From assembly GCA_049999805.1 (NCBI GenBank), contig JBNGIO010006333.1, positions 277,675-321,354 of the forward strand: a stretch of 43,680 nucleotides of DNA. Reading direction: 5' to 3'. This document shows, piece by piece, positions 23,713 to 35,661 of this stretch. Positions within the stretch are counted from its first letter, which is position 1; every line of letters begins with the position of its first letter. The notes under the pieces were generated by a model. The model searched no databases. It had not been told where the DNA came from and saw only the letters and a list, made by a program, of their open reading frames with translations. Both the position numbers and the translations under genes were made by a program. This stretch comes from Folioceros fuciformis. Taxonomy: Eukaryota.

Positions 23713-24336
23713 TGTGCAAATTGCACAGAGTCCGTAAACAACGCTGTACCTGTCCGAACCGAAAGGAATACCTCACTCCACTTGCCGCCCCAAACGCAGT
23801 AGGCAATCGTGGCAGCTTTAATCCATCACACACATCGGCTGCATGACGCGCTTGCGAGTAGCAGGTCCGTGAACCATTGCCTACAACACACATTCCAGAC
23901 TGGTGTCGTGACTCGGAGAACGGTCGAGACCGTCTCCTGAACTTAGACCACTCAGGTGGTCTGATCCAGCTTTTGCCGCAGGCTATGAGTTGTGATCTAG
24001 CCATGGGCGAGAAGCCAGAGGCTTGAAGGATTCAATACAGATGCATGCCGAAAGTACTGAAGGCGGAGCATGGGTGCGAACTTGGACAGACGGCTATCGC
24101 GTAGAAAGTCACCTAATAATTTGCCAGGTCACGGCCGAAGGTGGAGAGGACTTTAACGCGGACATTAAGTAGCTGAGACTCATGCACAAATTGCAAGAGC
24201 GGAGTGCCCGGCTACGTCAAGCAGCGGAGCACAGCTTTTGTACAAGGCAAACTCGCCAACAGAACCGTGCTCAACTTCTAGCACAGTGCTTCTCCTAATA
24301 TACATGTACAGCGGAAGGGACAGGAACGCAACACGG

Positions 24337-26272
24337 TCACATGGGCTCCGTCTTCACCCTTACAGCATGGTACGTCCCATTGGTGTTCTTCAACAATGCT
24401 CCCGGTACTGGCTGCAACACTGGTTTCTGGTCTGCCCAAGCAAGTTCCTCCTTCACCGAGGATCCTGAGGACTGATACGTTGTCACTAGAGGTAGGCTTG
24501 CCAAGGCGGTGCTCGTACGTTGCAATGGATCTTCCTCTTCCAGAGATGCTAGCAGCTGCGTGCCTCCCCTTTTCCTTCGGGACCGATAAAATGTAGTCGA
24601 TCTCTGGCGCCTGTAGAGCCACACCTTGGTGCACTTGGTCTTCAGAGATGCGGTGGTCGACTTTCTCACATTCGCCTTTGCCGTCTCCATGATCCTGAAT
24701 TGCCTCAGAGCAGCAGCTGGAGAGACATCCTGTTCCAGATTCGACTCCTTCAGCAGACAACGAAAATGCCGAGCTGGGTCTGTGTCAATACTTGTTGCGG
24801 ATGGCACCATACCAACAACCATCTTGGGTTTCACTATCCTAAGAAAAAAGCCCAGCTCTGAAAAGGAGCAGTGCAGAGAGTACTTAATGATGTGAATGCT
24901 CCCAGACACTCCATCGGGGCCAACAGAGCACTTGCAATGCTCCAGCTTTCTGGACTGACCCGACCCGCCCTTCACCGGATGGCTTGGGAGTTTCTCAGAA
25001 GTTGGCTTCGCTGATCGGTCCCTACCATCAGAGTCGCAGGTTTGTTCCTCACACTGCGTGCTGACATCCCAACAGCTTGGCCTGCACAGACATATGCAAC
25101 CAGTAGGAAGAATTCCAATGGTTGGTCGAACCATACTATTCAGGATTTGCAATGTCTCTCCCGACATGCTGTAACGTGGCACAGCACGAATGCGGGTGAC
25201 TGTGGAATCAGTTGTGAAAACATCGGGCAGTCCAAGTAGCCGCATAGTTTTCAAGCGCTCAGGCCAGACACAAATCTACAGAAGATGAAAGCGCATGCCA
25301 ATCAGTGAAAACAAACTGACATGACCAGAACGTTGTGAAACAGCCCCGCAAACTATGCCTTTTGTGGCATAGTTTGCAAGTTGTGGAGCGGTTTAAACAG
25401 GGTACAAAGGGCACAGGCTGAACAAGAGAGAACCTTGGTACTGAATGCCTCAGCTATCTTCACAAGCAGCTCCTCCTTGCCGAGTGAGTCAACCCCAACA
25501 ACTATGTCATGGTGGGGATGGTTGGCAACAACCTCAATAACCTGAAAGTATAGAAGAGAGGGAGCATCAAAAGCTGCAGCAACTCAACCTTCCCAGGTAC
25601 TGGTTCCGGTTCTAGAGTATGGATACATGTACTTCATGGACTGAATCACGGGCACTGGAACGGGAATTTAGCAAGACGACCTGCCGCAGAGCCACATTCC
25701 GGGGAGGAAATTTGAAACGAGGATGACAGAACGTGTTGTCAAGATAGAGCCGATCCACTGACCCTCCGTCGAGGGCAGTCAGCAGTTGCTCCATACCTTT
25801 GTCGGACTCTTCCTCTGCATCCCACCTAAAGTCGCCTGTGTGCAGTACGCAACCGAAATCCCCACGAAACAGGAACATCACGGCTCCTGGAAAAACCACG
25901 TCACACACTCTCACCTTCACTTCCCGGGCTCTGGCATCAATGAAACAGCCCTCCTCCACCCCTTTCCCGCAGAGCAGAAACCCAATTACCAGGGCAGTGA
26001 TTGGCCGAAATAGGCGTCACCTCGAGCGACCGAGGCTCGCCATCCTGCTGGGGAACGGACAGGCAAGCTGTGCTCCCGACTTCCAGAACGTGCACCAGGG
26101 TGTCATCAAAACCCTGGAACTTGGTGAGCAGCAGGCCAGCACTGACATCGGAGCAATAAATAGGACCCCGCTTCCAGCTGGAAGACAGCCCATTCGTATG
26201 ATCTGCGTGCATATGCGTGAGGAAGTACAATTGGCTATCGCAGCGCCACTGGTCCACTGCAAACAGCCCCAT
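24337..26272 (-). CDS. SNM1B: SNM1/Apollo-like DNA cross-link repair 5' exonuclease (metallo-beta-lactamase/beta-CASP), 4 exons
   Basis: MGLFAVDQW..YFLTHMHADHTNGL (HxHxDH), PIYCS, ANHCP/GAVMFLF, VLHTGDFR, LYLDNTFC, VDSLGKEELL, YSLHCSFSEL. GT-AG introns. Assignment to the Apollo subfamily is by overall resemblance. Confidence 0.88.
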
Positions 26273-27168
26273 CTCCTCGCCCACCAAATCCCCAGATCAG
26301 CGGCCCCTCCCCGGCAGCAGCGCACCCATAACAATTCGACAAAACCCGTACTTTTCCTCCGCTACACTGCCGCAAACACGATGCTCTTCCTCTGTCCTTC
26401 CCTCCCGCCACAGGGTTCCTACCTGGCTTACCGACACTCGCTCTCCCCAGATTCTGCCTCTTCTCCAGGACCGAATACCTATCTCCCAACAGCCTGAAGC
26501 CCCTCCAGATGCAAAACCATAACAGCAGGGCGCGGCAGGGTAAGCAGGCTGGGAGGATGGGATACTCGGGGATCCTCAACCAGCAGTTGTGCGTACTTCG
26601 AACAGCGAACAGAAGCAGAAGCAGAAGTAACACCAGCAACCAGTGTTCAACCTCGGTTAAACAGACACTTTAAACCCTAAACCCAGGCCTGCGGTCAGGT
26701 TAGAGCTCGGAAGTCCATCCTCAATGAACCTGTCAACTGTCAAGACCATAGGTACGTCGAGTACACAGCATTGGGAGCTTGCTGATTGGCCGATCCATGG
26801 CCCGCCCTTCTTGCTTGGTTTACAGTCAATCAGCAGCTCGAGCTCCATCTCTTGGAGCGATAGCGCACGGCGTTTTCGTGTCCAGACTTGCTCAACACGG
26901 CGTCACAATCCCCCGTCGCTGTGCTCCCTTCAATACGGCGTGTTCGTGAATCGTGAAGTGTGGATTTGAGATGGGCCAGAACTGTCGCTTCCTGCGGCGC
27001 GGACGAGACGCTGCTTCTCCCTCGATTGCGTCCTTCTCTGAGTGTCTTTGTGTGTGAATTTCTCACCCGATTCCGACGGAATCGATCCCGAGCCTGTCAA
27101 GTCGTGTCGTCTTACGAGTCTGGGAACAAATGTACATTTATGCACACTTTGGACACCGCCGGAACAGC

Positions 27169-27201
27169 GGATATCCTGCAACGGGTTCCTGGACACGTGT
27201 C
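27169..27201 (+). promoter_or_regulatory. Candidate P1BS element (GGATATCC, 27169-27176) next to a palindromic G-box (GACACGTGTC, 27192-27201) upstream of the purple acid phosphatase
   Basis: Exact matches to GNATATNC and CACGTG about 240-270 bp before the PAP ATG. Both motifs are short, so chance occurrence is possible. Confidence 0.35.
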
Positions 27202-27438
27202 AGGTGTAAAAGCCTTGCCCCCGTAGACACGGTTGCGATCTGTTCCAGCCCTCGTCTCTGCGAGCCCGCATCATCTGCGAAGTGAGACTGTGAGGAGGAA
27301 GGGTGTGCGCTCCGTTGTGTTCCAGAAGCCTCCTTGCTGGGCGAGCGTCGATTCCACCTTGCCATCTCCATCGCCGTCGCCCTCGCCCTCGCCATTGCCA
27401 TCGCCGTCGCCAGCCCACTTGGCGGGAGTGGTGGGACA

Positions 27439-29802
27439 ATGTGGATCGGGAACGGTTGGAAGACGCCACGGCCGGTGTTGCTACCTCTGCTGCTCTTATC
27501 TTCGCTTCTTCTGTCAGCATGTGAGTTGCTGCGATGCGCATTCCGGGAGATTGTAACCTGCCTGTGACGGTTTGCTCTCGGGGGTGGTGCTGGGACGGGA
27601 TTCTCCCAGCTGCTTGTGGGATTGTTGATGGTACGGGAGTTTTTGGATTGGACTCAGAGAGCAAGGGTTTGCGAGCTGACCTGATTGCTGCTTTGCTTCT
27701 GTGCGTCTCAGGGACTCGGGTGGATGGACAGATTCTGGACCCTGACAGTCCTTACAGCGGGTATCAGACCGAGTATACCCGGCCCGCTGCTGATCTTGAC
27801 CTAAGCTTGGACGAGCCTGACATCCAGCCGAATCCGCTGGGAGGTCCGGAGCAGGTCGGCTTCTGTTGGCTGTGCTTGTGGCCTCCTGCCAGGGACTTCA
27901 AGCCACGGGATTGTGAGCTCTTGCGTTTGTGTGGTGCAGGTCTTCTTATCGCTGGCGGATATGACGGGAACGGCTTTCACTGTCAGCTGGTCGAGCAATG
28001 CGACGATGGAATCCGTGGTGCTGTTCTCGGAAACCCCTGATTCGTATGAGAGACAAGCTTATGGAATTTCTCTTCGCTACAAATACGCGGATTACACATC
28101 AGGCAACCTTCACCATGTCACATTAACTGGACTTCAGGCAAGCAGATGTTGCAGGTTGCTCTTGATTTTTCTCTTTGACCTTCCATGTGATGCCATGCCA
28201 TGCCATGCCATGCCACTGACAAGACCGAACTTGTGCTTCAGTATAACACCCTTTATTATTACAAGATAGGGGTTTCTGAACAGAAGTACCTGACGTTTAC
28301 AAGCCACTTCACAACACCTCCAGCTCCCGGGCTTGACTCTACCGTCAAGTTCTCAATCGTAGGTGAGTTTTGTTGTCTTTCCTGCTCGGATGCTTTCTTG
28401 CAGATCGTTAGCCTGGGGAACAAGACGAGAAACAGAAACGAAGGCAAATGAGCCAGGTTGAGGCGATGCTCGTTGGTATGATTGCAGGGGATCTTGGTCA
28501 GACGTACTCGTCAAATAAGACCTTAAGTCATCTTATTAACAGCGGGGGTCAGTTCCTGCTGAACGTGGGAGACTTCTCTTACGCTGACGGATATCAGCCA
28601 CGATGGGACACATGGGGTCGCATGATGACCCCTTATAGCAGCCGAGTTCCTTGGTTCTTCACATATGGAAACCACGAAATTGAGTTTGATCAAAAAGCTG
28701 TAAGTCTGAACGCTGGCTACTGCTCAAATGATGCTGACCTCTTACACAGATTCTCCTGGGGCACCTCTGAAATACCACTCCTGATTATACAGCCATTTCA
28801 TGCTGTTGGCAGGGAGCTGGCGAGCCTCATGAGGGATTTCTGTCAGCGAACAGTCGATTCTCTGCACCTTGGGAAAGCAGCGGTGGCGTAAGCCCCATAT
28901 ACTCGTCTTGCAACATTGGTCCCGCCCACGTTATCTCCCTCAATTCCTACATATCTCTTTCCAAGTACAGTCCTCAATATCAGTGGCTCGAGGTTGGATC
29001 CACGAATCCCCGCTTTCCTCCCCCCCACTAACCTAGAGATTCGCTTTGGCATCCTTATCTTCCGTTTCCCATGTTTTTCAGCACGACCTGGCGAAGGTGG
29101 ACAGGTCTGTGACACCTTGGGTCTTCATCATCACCCACTCTCCCTGGTACAATACGTATCGCGCCCACTTTATGGAAGGAGAGGTGCCCCGAACTGGCGT
29201 GGAGTACTTCGTCCGAAAGTACAGGGTGGATGCAGTCTTCGCTGGGCACGTCCATGCTTACGAGCGGTTTGTGAGTGTCTCGATTCCCCAGACTTGCGTC
29301 AGTTCAGGCCGGCAGGTGACGCCCTTCCTCCCCAGTCTCCTTACTGTCCTTTTCCTTGTGGTGTGGGCCCCCAGAAACGCGTCTATTACTACAAGGAAGA
29401 TCCCTGCGCTCCTGTGTACATTACAATTGGGGACGGTGGCAACCGCGAAGGTCCAGAAACAATGTAAGTGCACGTGGTATTCTCTCTCCTCCTCCTCTCC
29501 TGATGTTTTATGTCCTTGTGGCCCATTGACCGGTATGTTTCCGGAAATGCTGCAGTTTCCAGGTGAATCCGCAACCATCCTACTCGATCTATCGGGAAGG
29601 GAGCTTCGGGTTCGGGACTCTGGAGATATTCAACCACACCACGGCACTGTTCCTATGGCACCGCAGCCAGGAGCAGCAGGATGTGGTGGGCGACGCCTAC
29701 ATTCTAGACAACCTGGGCTTCCACGGTGGAAGCTGTGGAGAGCCCGCTGCTCCCCGTGAGCCCTTTTACCCCGAGGCCGATGAGGCCTTGTTGGCACTCT
29801 GA
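27439..29802 (+). CDS. PAP: Purple acid phosphatase (secreted, FN3 domain plus metallophosphoesterase), about 9 exons
   Basis: Signal peptide [53 protein letters not shown]. All five metal-ligand blocks are present: GDLG, GDFSY, GNHE, IITH, GHVH. Also [12 protein letters not shown] and [11 protein letters not shown]; stop at 29800-29802. Confidence 0.94.
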
Positions 29803-30354
29803 GGGATCATCAGCCTGGTCTTGAAACACACGTTTGCACCATTTCTTCCACGCCCATGGATATGTACGGTAGTAGGCAAGAGTGCACCACATTTGGTTGG
29901 GAAAACATTCTTTGTGAAGGATTAAATTATTGGTGAAAACAGTGAAAGATAAGTGACTAGCATTGGCAGCTAGGCATTGGTAGCCTCAGATCTTGGATAT
30001 ACAGGACCTCGTGCAGCGACAGAGCAAAGGCACATCCTCCTGTACCGTCGACACGAGGACGACAGAAACCGGGCGGCCAAGGCTGCACGTCCTTAGGAAT
30101 TTGCCAAGTGGCTTGCCTTGCGCAGCCTGCCAATGCAGAGCCAGGAATAGAGAAAGATCCACTGGTAAATATTGGCGTTTCGTCAACGCTCGGGAAAAGC
30201 AGGTAAGTGGAGTCCGCATGTATAAGTAAGGGCATGGTGCTCAGCCGCAGTCAAGTCCACAAGCCCGAGCCGTGTTGAACGACGACAGAAGCGACAATAG
30301 GCGACTCCCCATTGCCAGCACCGCTTTTCATTCATATTGCTCTCTCCTTCACGA

Positions 30355-30445
30355 CGCTTCCATTCGCACCGCCTCCATTCCCGCCGCATCCTTCACTACC
30401 GCTTCCATTCGCACCGCCTCCATTCCCACCGCATCCTTCAATACC
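30355..30445 (+). repeat. Tandem repeat (2 x 45 bp built from 15-bp subunits) upstream of the DUF3455 gene
   Basis: CGCTTCCATTCGCACCGCCTCCATTCCC(G/A)CCGCATCCTTCA(C/A)TAC occurs twice. Confidence 0.85.
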
Positions 30446-30640
30446 GTTTCCACGATTCCATTCCATCCCCTCCCCGCCTCTTCTGTCCCTTCCCATTGCG
30501 CAACGGCCCTATCCGAAATCCACAGTCCCCGTGCACCGAGGACGCAGCGAGGAGAAAGTTTGAAACCGGCGCGGACAGCAGATTGCTTGCTTGGCTTTAA
30601 ATTGCGAGTTCGTCCAGCTGTGAGCATCGAACGCACGGAC

Positions 30641-31977
30641 ATGGCCGGCAGGAAGCTCACCTCCGAGTTCGCGCTCAGCCTATGGCTCCTCGTCCTCCTC
30701 TTCTCCTCCGCCGCTGCGCAGAGCGACACCACGAGTGCGGTCGCGGTTCCTGCGGGATTCGAGTACGTGGAGTGGACTCAAATGTTCCTGTCTCGCCTGG
30801 TTTTCTTGACGCCACCCGGCCGCTGATCCTGGAATGGCTTGACGATGTTGTCAGAACGATTCTTCAACTTCGTGCATCGGGGGACCAAATCTACAAGTGC
30901 GTAGCCTCCGGTTCCTCGTACAACTGGACACTCCAAAGAGCCAGAGCTGAGTTGTATTCGAAAGACTTGACAGACAACACACGCTTAGGAAATCACTACT
31001 TCCTGCCGCGCCCCGACGGACTGGGAGGTAGGCCCTCGTGGAAGCTCGACGCAACGGACAAGTTTCCCGCCAGCACCGTCACAGGTATGTGTAGCTGCAC
31101 ACGCCTATCCATTCTCGGTTCAGACCTCCCAGACGCAAGCTTCATGAACTGAATTCAAATTATGATGGTAAATCCTTGCGGCCTTGTGCAGGAAGACTGA
31201 ATGCCACCAAGCCCAATGGCCCCGGCGACATCGCGGATCTGCTGCTGGAAGCTACCTCGCAGTCGGGGACGGGCCCGCTCAGCCAGACCGCATACATCCA
31301 GAGGTTGGACAGCAAAGGTGGTTTGCCTCCTTCCACAGGCTGTTCCAGCCCGGCGCATAAGGGCAGAATGCACTCGAGCCCCTACACTAGCACCTACGTC
31401 TTCTCCAAGATCTCAGCCACGCCCCCCCTGTCCCAGCCACCCACCACGCCGGGTCTTCCCAGCAAGCCCCAGCTCGCCGTCTTCGGCCTCGGCCAGGCGC
31501 ACTATTTCTACAACGGGACGACCTGGTTGATCTTCAACGCCACGGCCGACTTGTTCGTCCGGCCAGGAGGCTCGCAGGTAGGCCGGTTTTTCTTCCTGCC
31601 GCAGCCGGACGCGTTGGGGGGCCAGCCCACCTTCGAGCTCTTCATGCCCGCCATCTCCGTCACCGGCAAGATCGTGCAGCAGTTTACGAGCTCACCGACG
31701 GACGTCCACTGGCTCTTGTTGAACACCACGTCCGCAAATCCCAGGTGAGAGCAACGTTTCTATATGCCTTCTTGCCGTGATCGTAAGTGCACGACGCTGT
31801 TTAGGGTCGCATCTGAACCGGTGTACGATTCTTCATTGCAGCGACTTGTCAAGGATCGTGACTCACATCAGTAGGCTGTCCACAAGAGGAGGAATTCCGC
31901 CACCCGCATCCCAGCCAGCCGAGACGGGGGACACATTTTTGTCTCCTTACTCTGCGGTCTACTGGTTCTTCTCATAG
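30641..31977 (+). CDS. Secreted protein with two tandem DUF3455 domains; exons 30641-30762, 30855-31084, 31192-31744, 31842-31977
   Basis: Signal peptide MAGRKLTSEFALSLWLLVLLFSSAAA. Domain 1: VAVPAG..LRASGDQIYKC..WTLQRARAELY..LGNHYF..PSW..STVTG..DIADLLLEAT..GPLSQTAYIQRLDSKGGLPP..C..PYTSTYVF. A Pro-rich linker leads to domain 2: FGLGQAHYFY..W..ATADLF..VGRFFF..PTF..VTGK..DVHWLLL..THISRLSTRGGIPP..PYSAVYWFF. All introns are GT-AG and phase-consistent. Confidence 0.85.
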
Positions 31978-32313
31978 TCAAAGCACTGATCCCCGACTCA
32001 TCATGTCAGATTCATGCTTGAGAAGAAGCCAGTTCTGAACGATCTCCATGTGACCCGGCGTTTCCAGCGCAGTCCAACCTGTCGTCATTTTTCTGCAATA
32101 AACGGATTCAATTGATGATTCTCTATCGTGAGTGTCCCAACTTGAAAGTGGTCTGCATTGATGTATCACTGCTGCAACCCTTTGATCTCCTGACTCTGGT
32201 TAAGGAGTGAGTCCACACTCCTGCAGCGTTTGATGCGATCGCAAAAGGTCCCATTGAACGCAATTTTCTCGTTCAAATAAAACCTGCGTGTAAGTTTCAT
32301 GATTCGTTTCCTG

Positions 32314-33884
32314 CTAATCGCCCCCTTCATTCGTGTCCGAGGAGACAAGTTCCAGTGGGTATTCGGAACCCCGCACATGCATCATGTAACAAGCTGTGTT
32401 CACGTCCGGTAGCCATGGAAAAACAGAGAAAGAGCCACGGTTCAGATACATTTCAAACGCAGGGGAGAGTCTGGAAGAGAACAGTCCACTCACCATTCTC
32501 AATTTTAATCAAGCTTTGCAGCATGGTCTCCATCTTCTTGCCCATATCACGATCGATGTTGTTTGGCAGCAAGCTGAGACCCTCAAACACGGATCTTACG
32601 AGATTGCAAGCGGCAATAGCTGAGGTTTTATCTCGAGCTGCGACTGCGCTGATCGCAAGCCTCATCAGCTCTCCTGTCAGATCTCCCAACTGCACGATGA
32701 AATCATCGGGTGAGGTCATTCTCATGTGACGTACGCATGAAAAAGTTGGAGGGAAATGCTCTTGCACTCGCTGATTACCCCAAGTAAGTAGTCCGTCAGT
32801 GATATAGTAAAGGGAGCACTGGCACCATCTTTCACCGATGAAATGGAATCGTTCAGCTCATCGAGTGTCAGAAGTGTTCCAGCTTGGCAATACTTCAGGA
32901 AGGTTGCTGCCTCCACAAACTCTTGGATCTATGAGAAAGCCAGGGATAAAAGATGACTCAGAGCCTCCTCACCCTTTCTGTACGCTGGACTTCAACATGT
33001 GGACGAACGTCGACATGGATTGCAACGAACTGCGGAGAAAGCATTGACTAGTGTCACAGCAAAGGCTGGTAGGTTACTCCAGGTGAAAAATTCCTCCGGA
33101 ACCTCCAATAATCCAGGCCTTGCAACTCGTTCGCAATACGCTGCACATGGTGTTGCTGCACATACGCCAGGTCTTTGTGTGCCTGTTCCAGGACTGCTTG
33201 CTTGTTTGTTGCGTCCATTCTAATGCCATCCCAGACATGCCAGGAACAAAAACAAGCCTTGGACATGAGCATGTTACACCGATCTCGAACAAGATATTAC
33301 CTGCCAAACTCCTACCTGTGAATCTGAAAGATGACTTTTTTGCTGTTGTAAGTCACATCTCGACTGGCTTTCACAATTCTCTCCCGCCTTTCATTCTGAC
33401 AGGCACAAAAAAGGTCAGGACGTCTCAACTTTGGCTCCAGCACTTTCTTCGCGAGAAGCTTCTAGGGTTGACCACACTCGACAACAAAATCAAATGAACA
33501 GCTATAGCCTTAAAGGCATCGGAGCCATGGTTACCGTTGAATCCAGCTGCTTAGCATACTTCTGAAACTCCGAGGTGAATGTATGTACAGGTTCCATCAA
33601 TCTTGGTTTCTTGCCTGAATACAAAGCTATCACAAGGTCACGCAACCATTCTTCGCAACAGAGAGACTTGACATTCGTTCCGCTGGGAAGCCCAGATCGG
33701 TCTGCAGCGAACAACTGTGAGCACAAAATCTCCCCTTCAGAGACCTAGTACCCTCTCTTTGCGAGCCGACTTCATGCCATGACCGCAGCCTTGCAAGTAG
33801 GTCAGCAGACTTAAAAAATGGCTAAGATTCATATCAATCTAATGAATCAGACTGACCATTTCTGGAACTTTCCTCCTCCGCCAT
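32314..33884 (-). CDS. TSNAX: Translin-associated factor X (TRAX; C3PO nuclease subunit), 7 exons
   Basis: MAEEESSRN/GKKPRLMEPVHTFTSEFQKYAKQLDST/NERRERIVKASRDVTYNSKKVIFQIHR/..YWRFRRNFSPG/IQEFVEAATF..DYLLG/LGDLTGELMRLAI..KKMETMLQSLIKIEN/ACYMMHVRGSE. The catalytic ExxE and DxxGE motifs are present. Confidence 0.92.
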
Positions 33885-34189
33885 GGCGTCCAGCTGCCTA
33901 CGAAAATGCGCCTCTGCGACAACACTTCCCTCCGCATGCCCCGTACCTCAAATGTCTCAACTGAAGACGGGCGGGATCTCGTTCAACACACACGAGTCCT
34001 TTGAAGTGGATGTTTGAAGGACTTTCCATTTTCAGTTCCAGAATGCAAACATACACTCAACAGCGAGACTCCGGGATGCGTCTTGAGTGGTTAGACGTGG
34101 GGAACATCAGTGATGTGAAATTGATAATGATGGAAGACTAGGTAACGGATGCACAAGTAGGACGGATTGAATCAGTGCCATTTTCTCTC

Positions 34190-35339
34190 TCCTAGGTTGC
34201 AATTGCTGGGGAGGGAGGCCACCGGTGTCGCTACTCAACATCAAGACAGGCAGTATGGATCTTTCTTTGCTGCTAGGTCGACAGCAAAGCGTCCTACTTG
34301 ATTGTCGCTTCCCACTTCGACAAGCACCCAATACAGTGTGCCAAACTGAAGGACATCGTTTTCTATGAAACTTGCGCCTCCACCAGTTGTCCTGCACAAA
34401 TGACAAAATCGACCAGACATGTGTAGTGGACAACTGTGATGGGAGTTAATACCGACTTGAAAGTTCATGGCAACATAACATTCCCGCTCTCTGATCACCA
34501 TACCCGCATGTCTGAGGACATCGTCGGTACGTTTGGGATTGCAATGCCAACTGCCTGTATGCCATCCTCACTTATTTCCAGACTCGTAAGTCGACCTTTC
34601 GGATGACTGTGACCTCGACATGTGTAGCTTGCAATCAGTGCATTCAAGGTGCCCATGTTACACACCTCCTGTGTGCATTGGCCCTGCTCCGATGTCTAGC
34701 AAACCGCTTGCTAGGAACACATTTTGAAGAACCTGTTCTGGAATCTATACATGTAGCTTGTCTTCTCGGATGCACACCTGCATTATTTGCACATGCCTGC
34801 CCACAAATACCAGGGTCTTGTGTACACCGGTGCCTGTTACTTGCACAAAAGCTCAGCGGCCAAAAACTTCCGGCCGATTTGTCCTGCTGGGAATTCCCTG
34901 CGACAAGAGAAGTCTAAATCACCAAACTTGTTTAACCAAGTCCGTCAAACACTCCCTGAACATCCTCCAAGCTGCCACACTTTGCTTGCACGCTCACCAA
35001 GTAACAAGTCAGATCTCACGTCCCAGTTCTCCGATTTGCACATGAAGCTGCTTTCCCTATGTCCAAAAATCCAAAGCTGGGGTGCAAGCTCTTGCACATG
35101 TCAGGAGGGGGAACAGCAAATGCCGCAAAGATGGGTAGAGAAATTCCCTCATACCAAGGTCGAGAAGAACCACAGGCACGTGGCCCACGCCCTCCCGCAA
35201 ACGCCCAGCTGCTACCATGGTATTCCACGCCTTTCACCGAGTCTGTCAACCAATGTCTGGGTCCCTCTTCCGAGCTGTCACTGCTCGCGACCCCATCAAC
35301 CCGGGCTGTAAAGACGCTGCAGCTCATGGCTTGCTTCAT
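34190..35339 (-). pseudogene. Heavily decayed PLS-E PPR pseudogene
   Basis: Collinear remnants across changing frames: AWNTMVAA, GKQLHVQIGELG, AKCGSLEDVQGVFDGLG, QACANNA, LNALIASYTCRG, HAGMV, VHYTCLVDF..AGQL, VWHTVLGACR. Many stops and indels; boundaries approximate. Confidence 0.72.
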
Positions 35340-35661
35340 TGTCGATCCCTGGTATCTTCCCTGATGTCAACCCAGCGGGAGCTATGTCTAACGCACCCAT
35401 AAACCTAGTTCCTACCTGAATCGATCAACGGTATAAAGCCATTCAGTCCTCGTATCTCTCTCCAGAGTCCAATACCACTCTCCACGTTACATTTTGGCCG
35501 CGGGAGCACCTTGAGTCGAAGCAGCGACTGAACAAGAAAGAAAAGCCCCAGTGGTAATTTTTTTCGAGGGGTTTGCCAAATAAGCTTTCCGGCTTACTTG
35601 TGGCCGACGCTCGCGTTGCTGCTTCAAAGAAAGGAGCGTCCGCAATCTTAGTGGGGGAACC

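Noticed and set aside
26671-26684. Telo-box TAAACCCTAAACCC upstream of the Apollo-like gene
   Set aside because: Telo-boxes are common near plant transcription starts, so the link to a telomere-associated nuclease is probably coincidental.
8065-33884. Apparent cluster of nucleic-acid-processing genes (DUF72, Apollo-like, TRAX)
   Set aside because: They are 8-14 kb apart and interleaved with unrelated genes. In a compact eukaryotic genome this is expected by chance, and no shared regulatory signal is visible.
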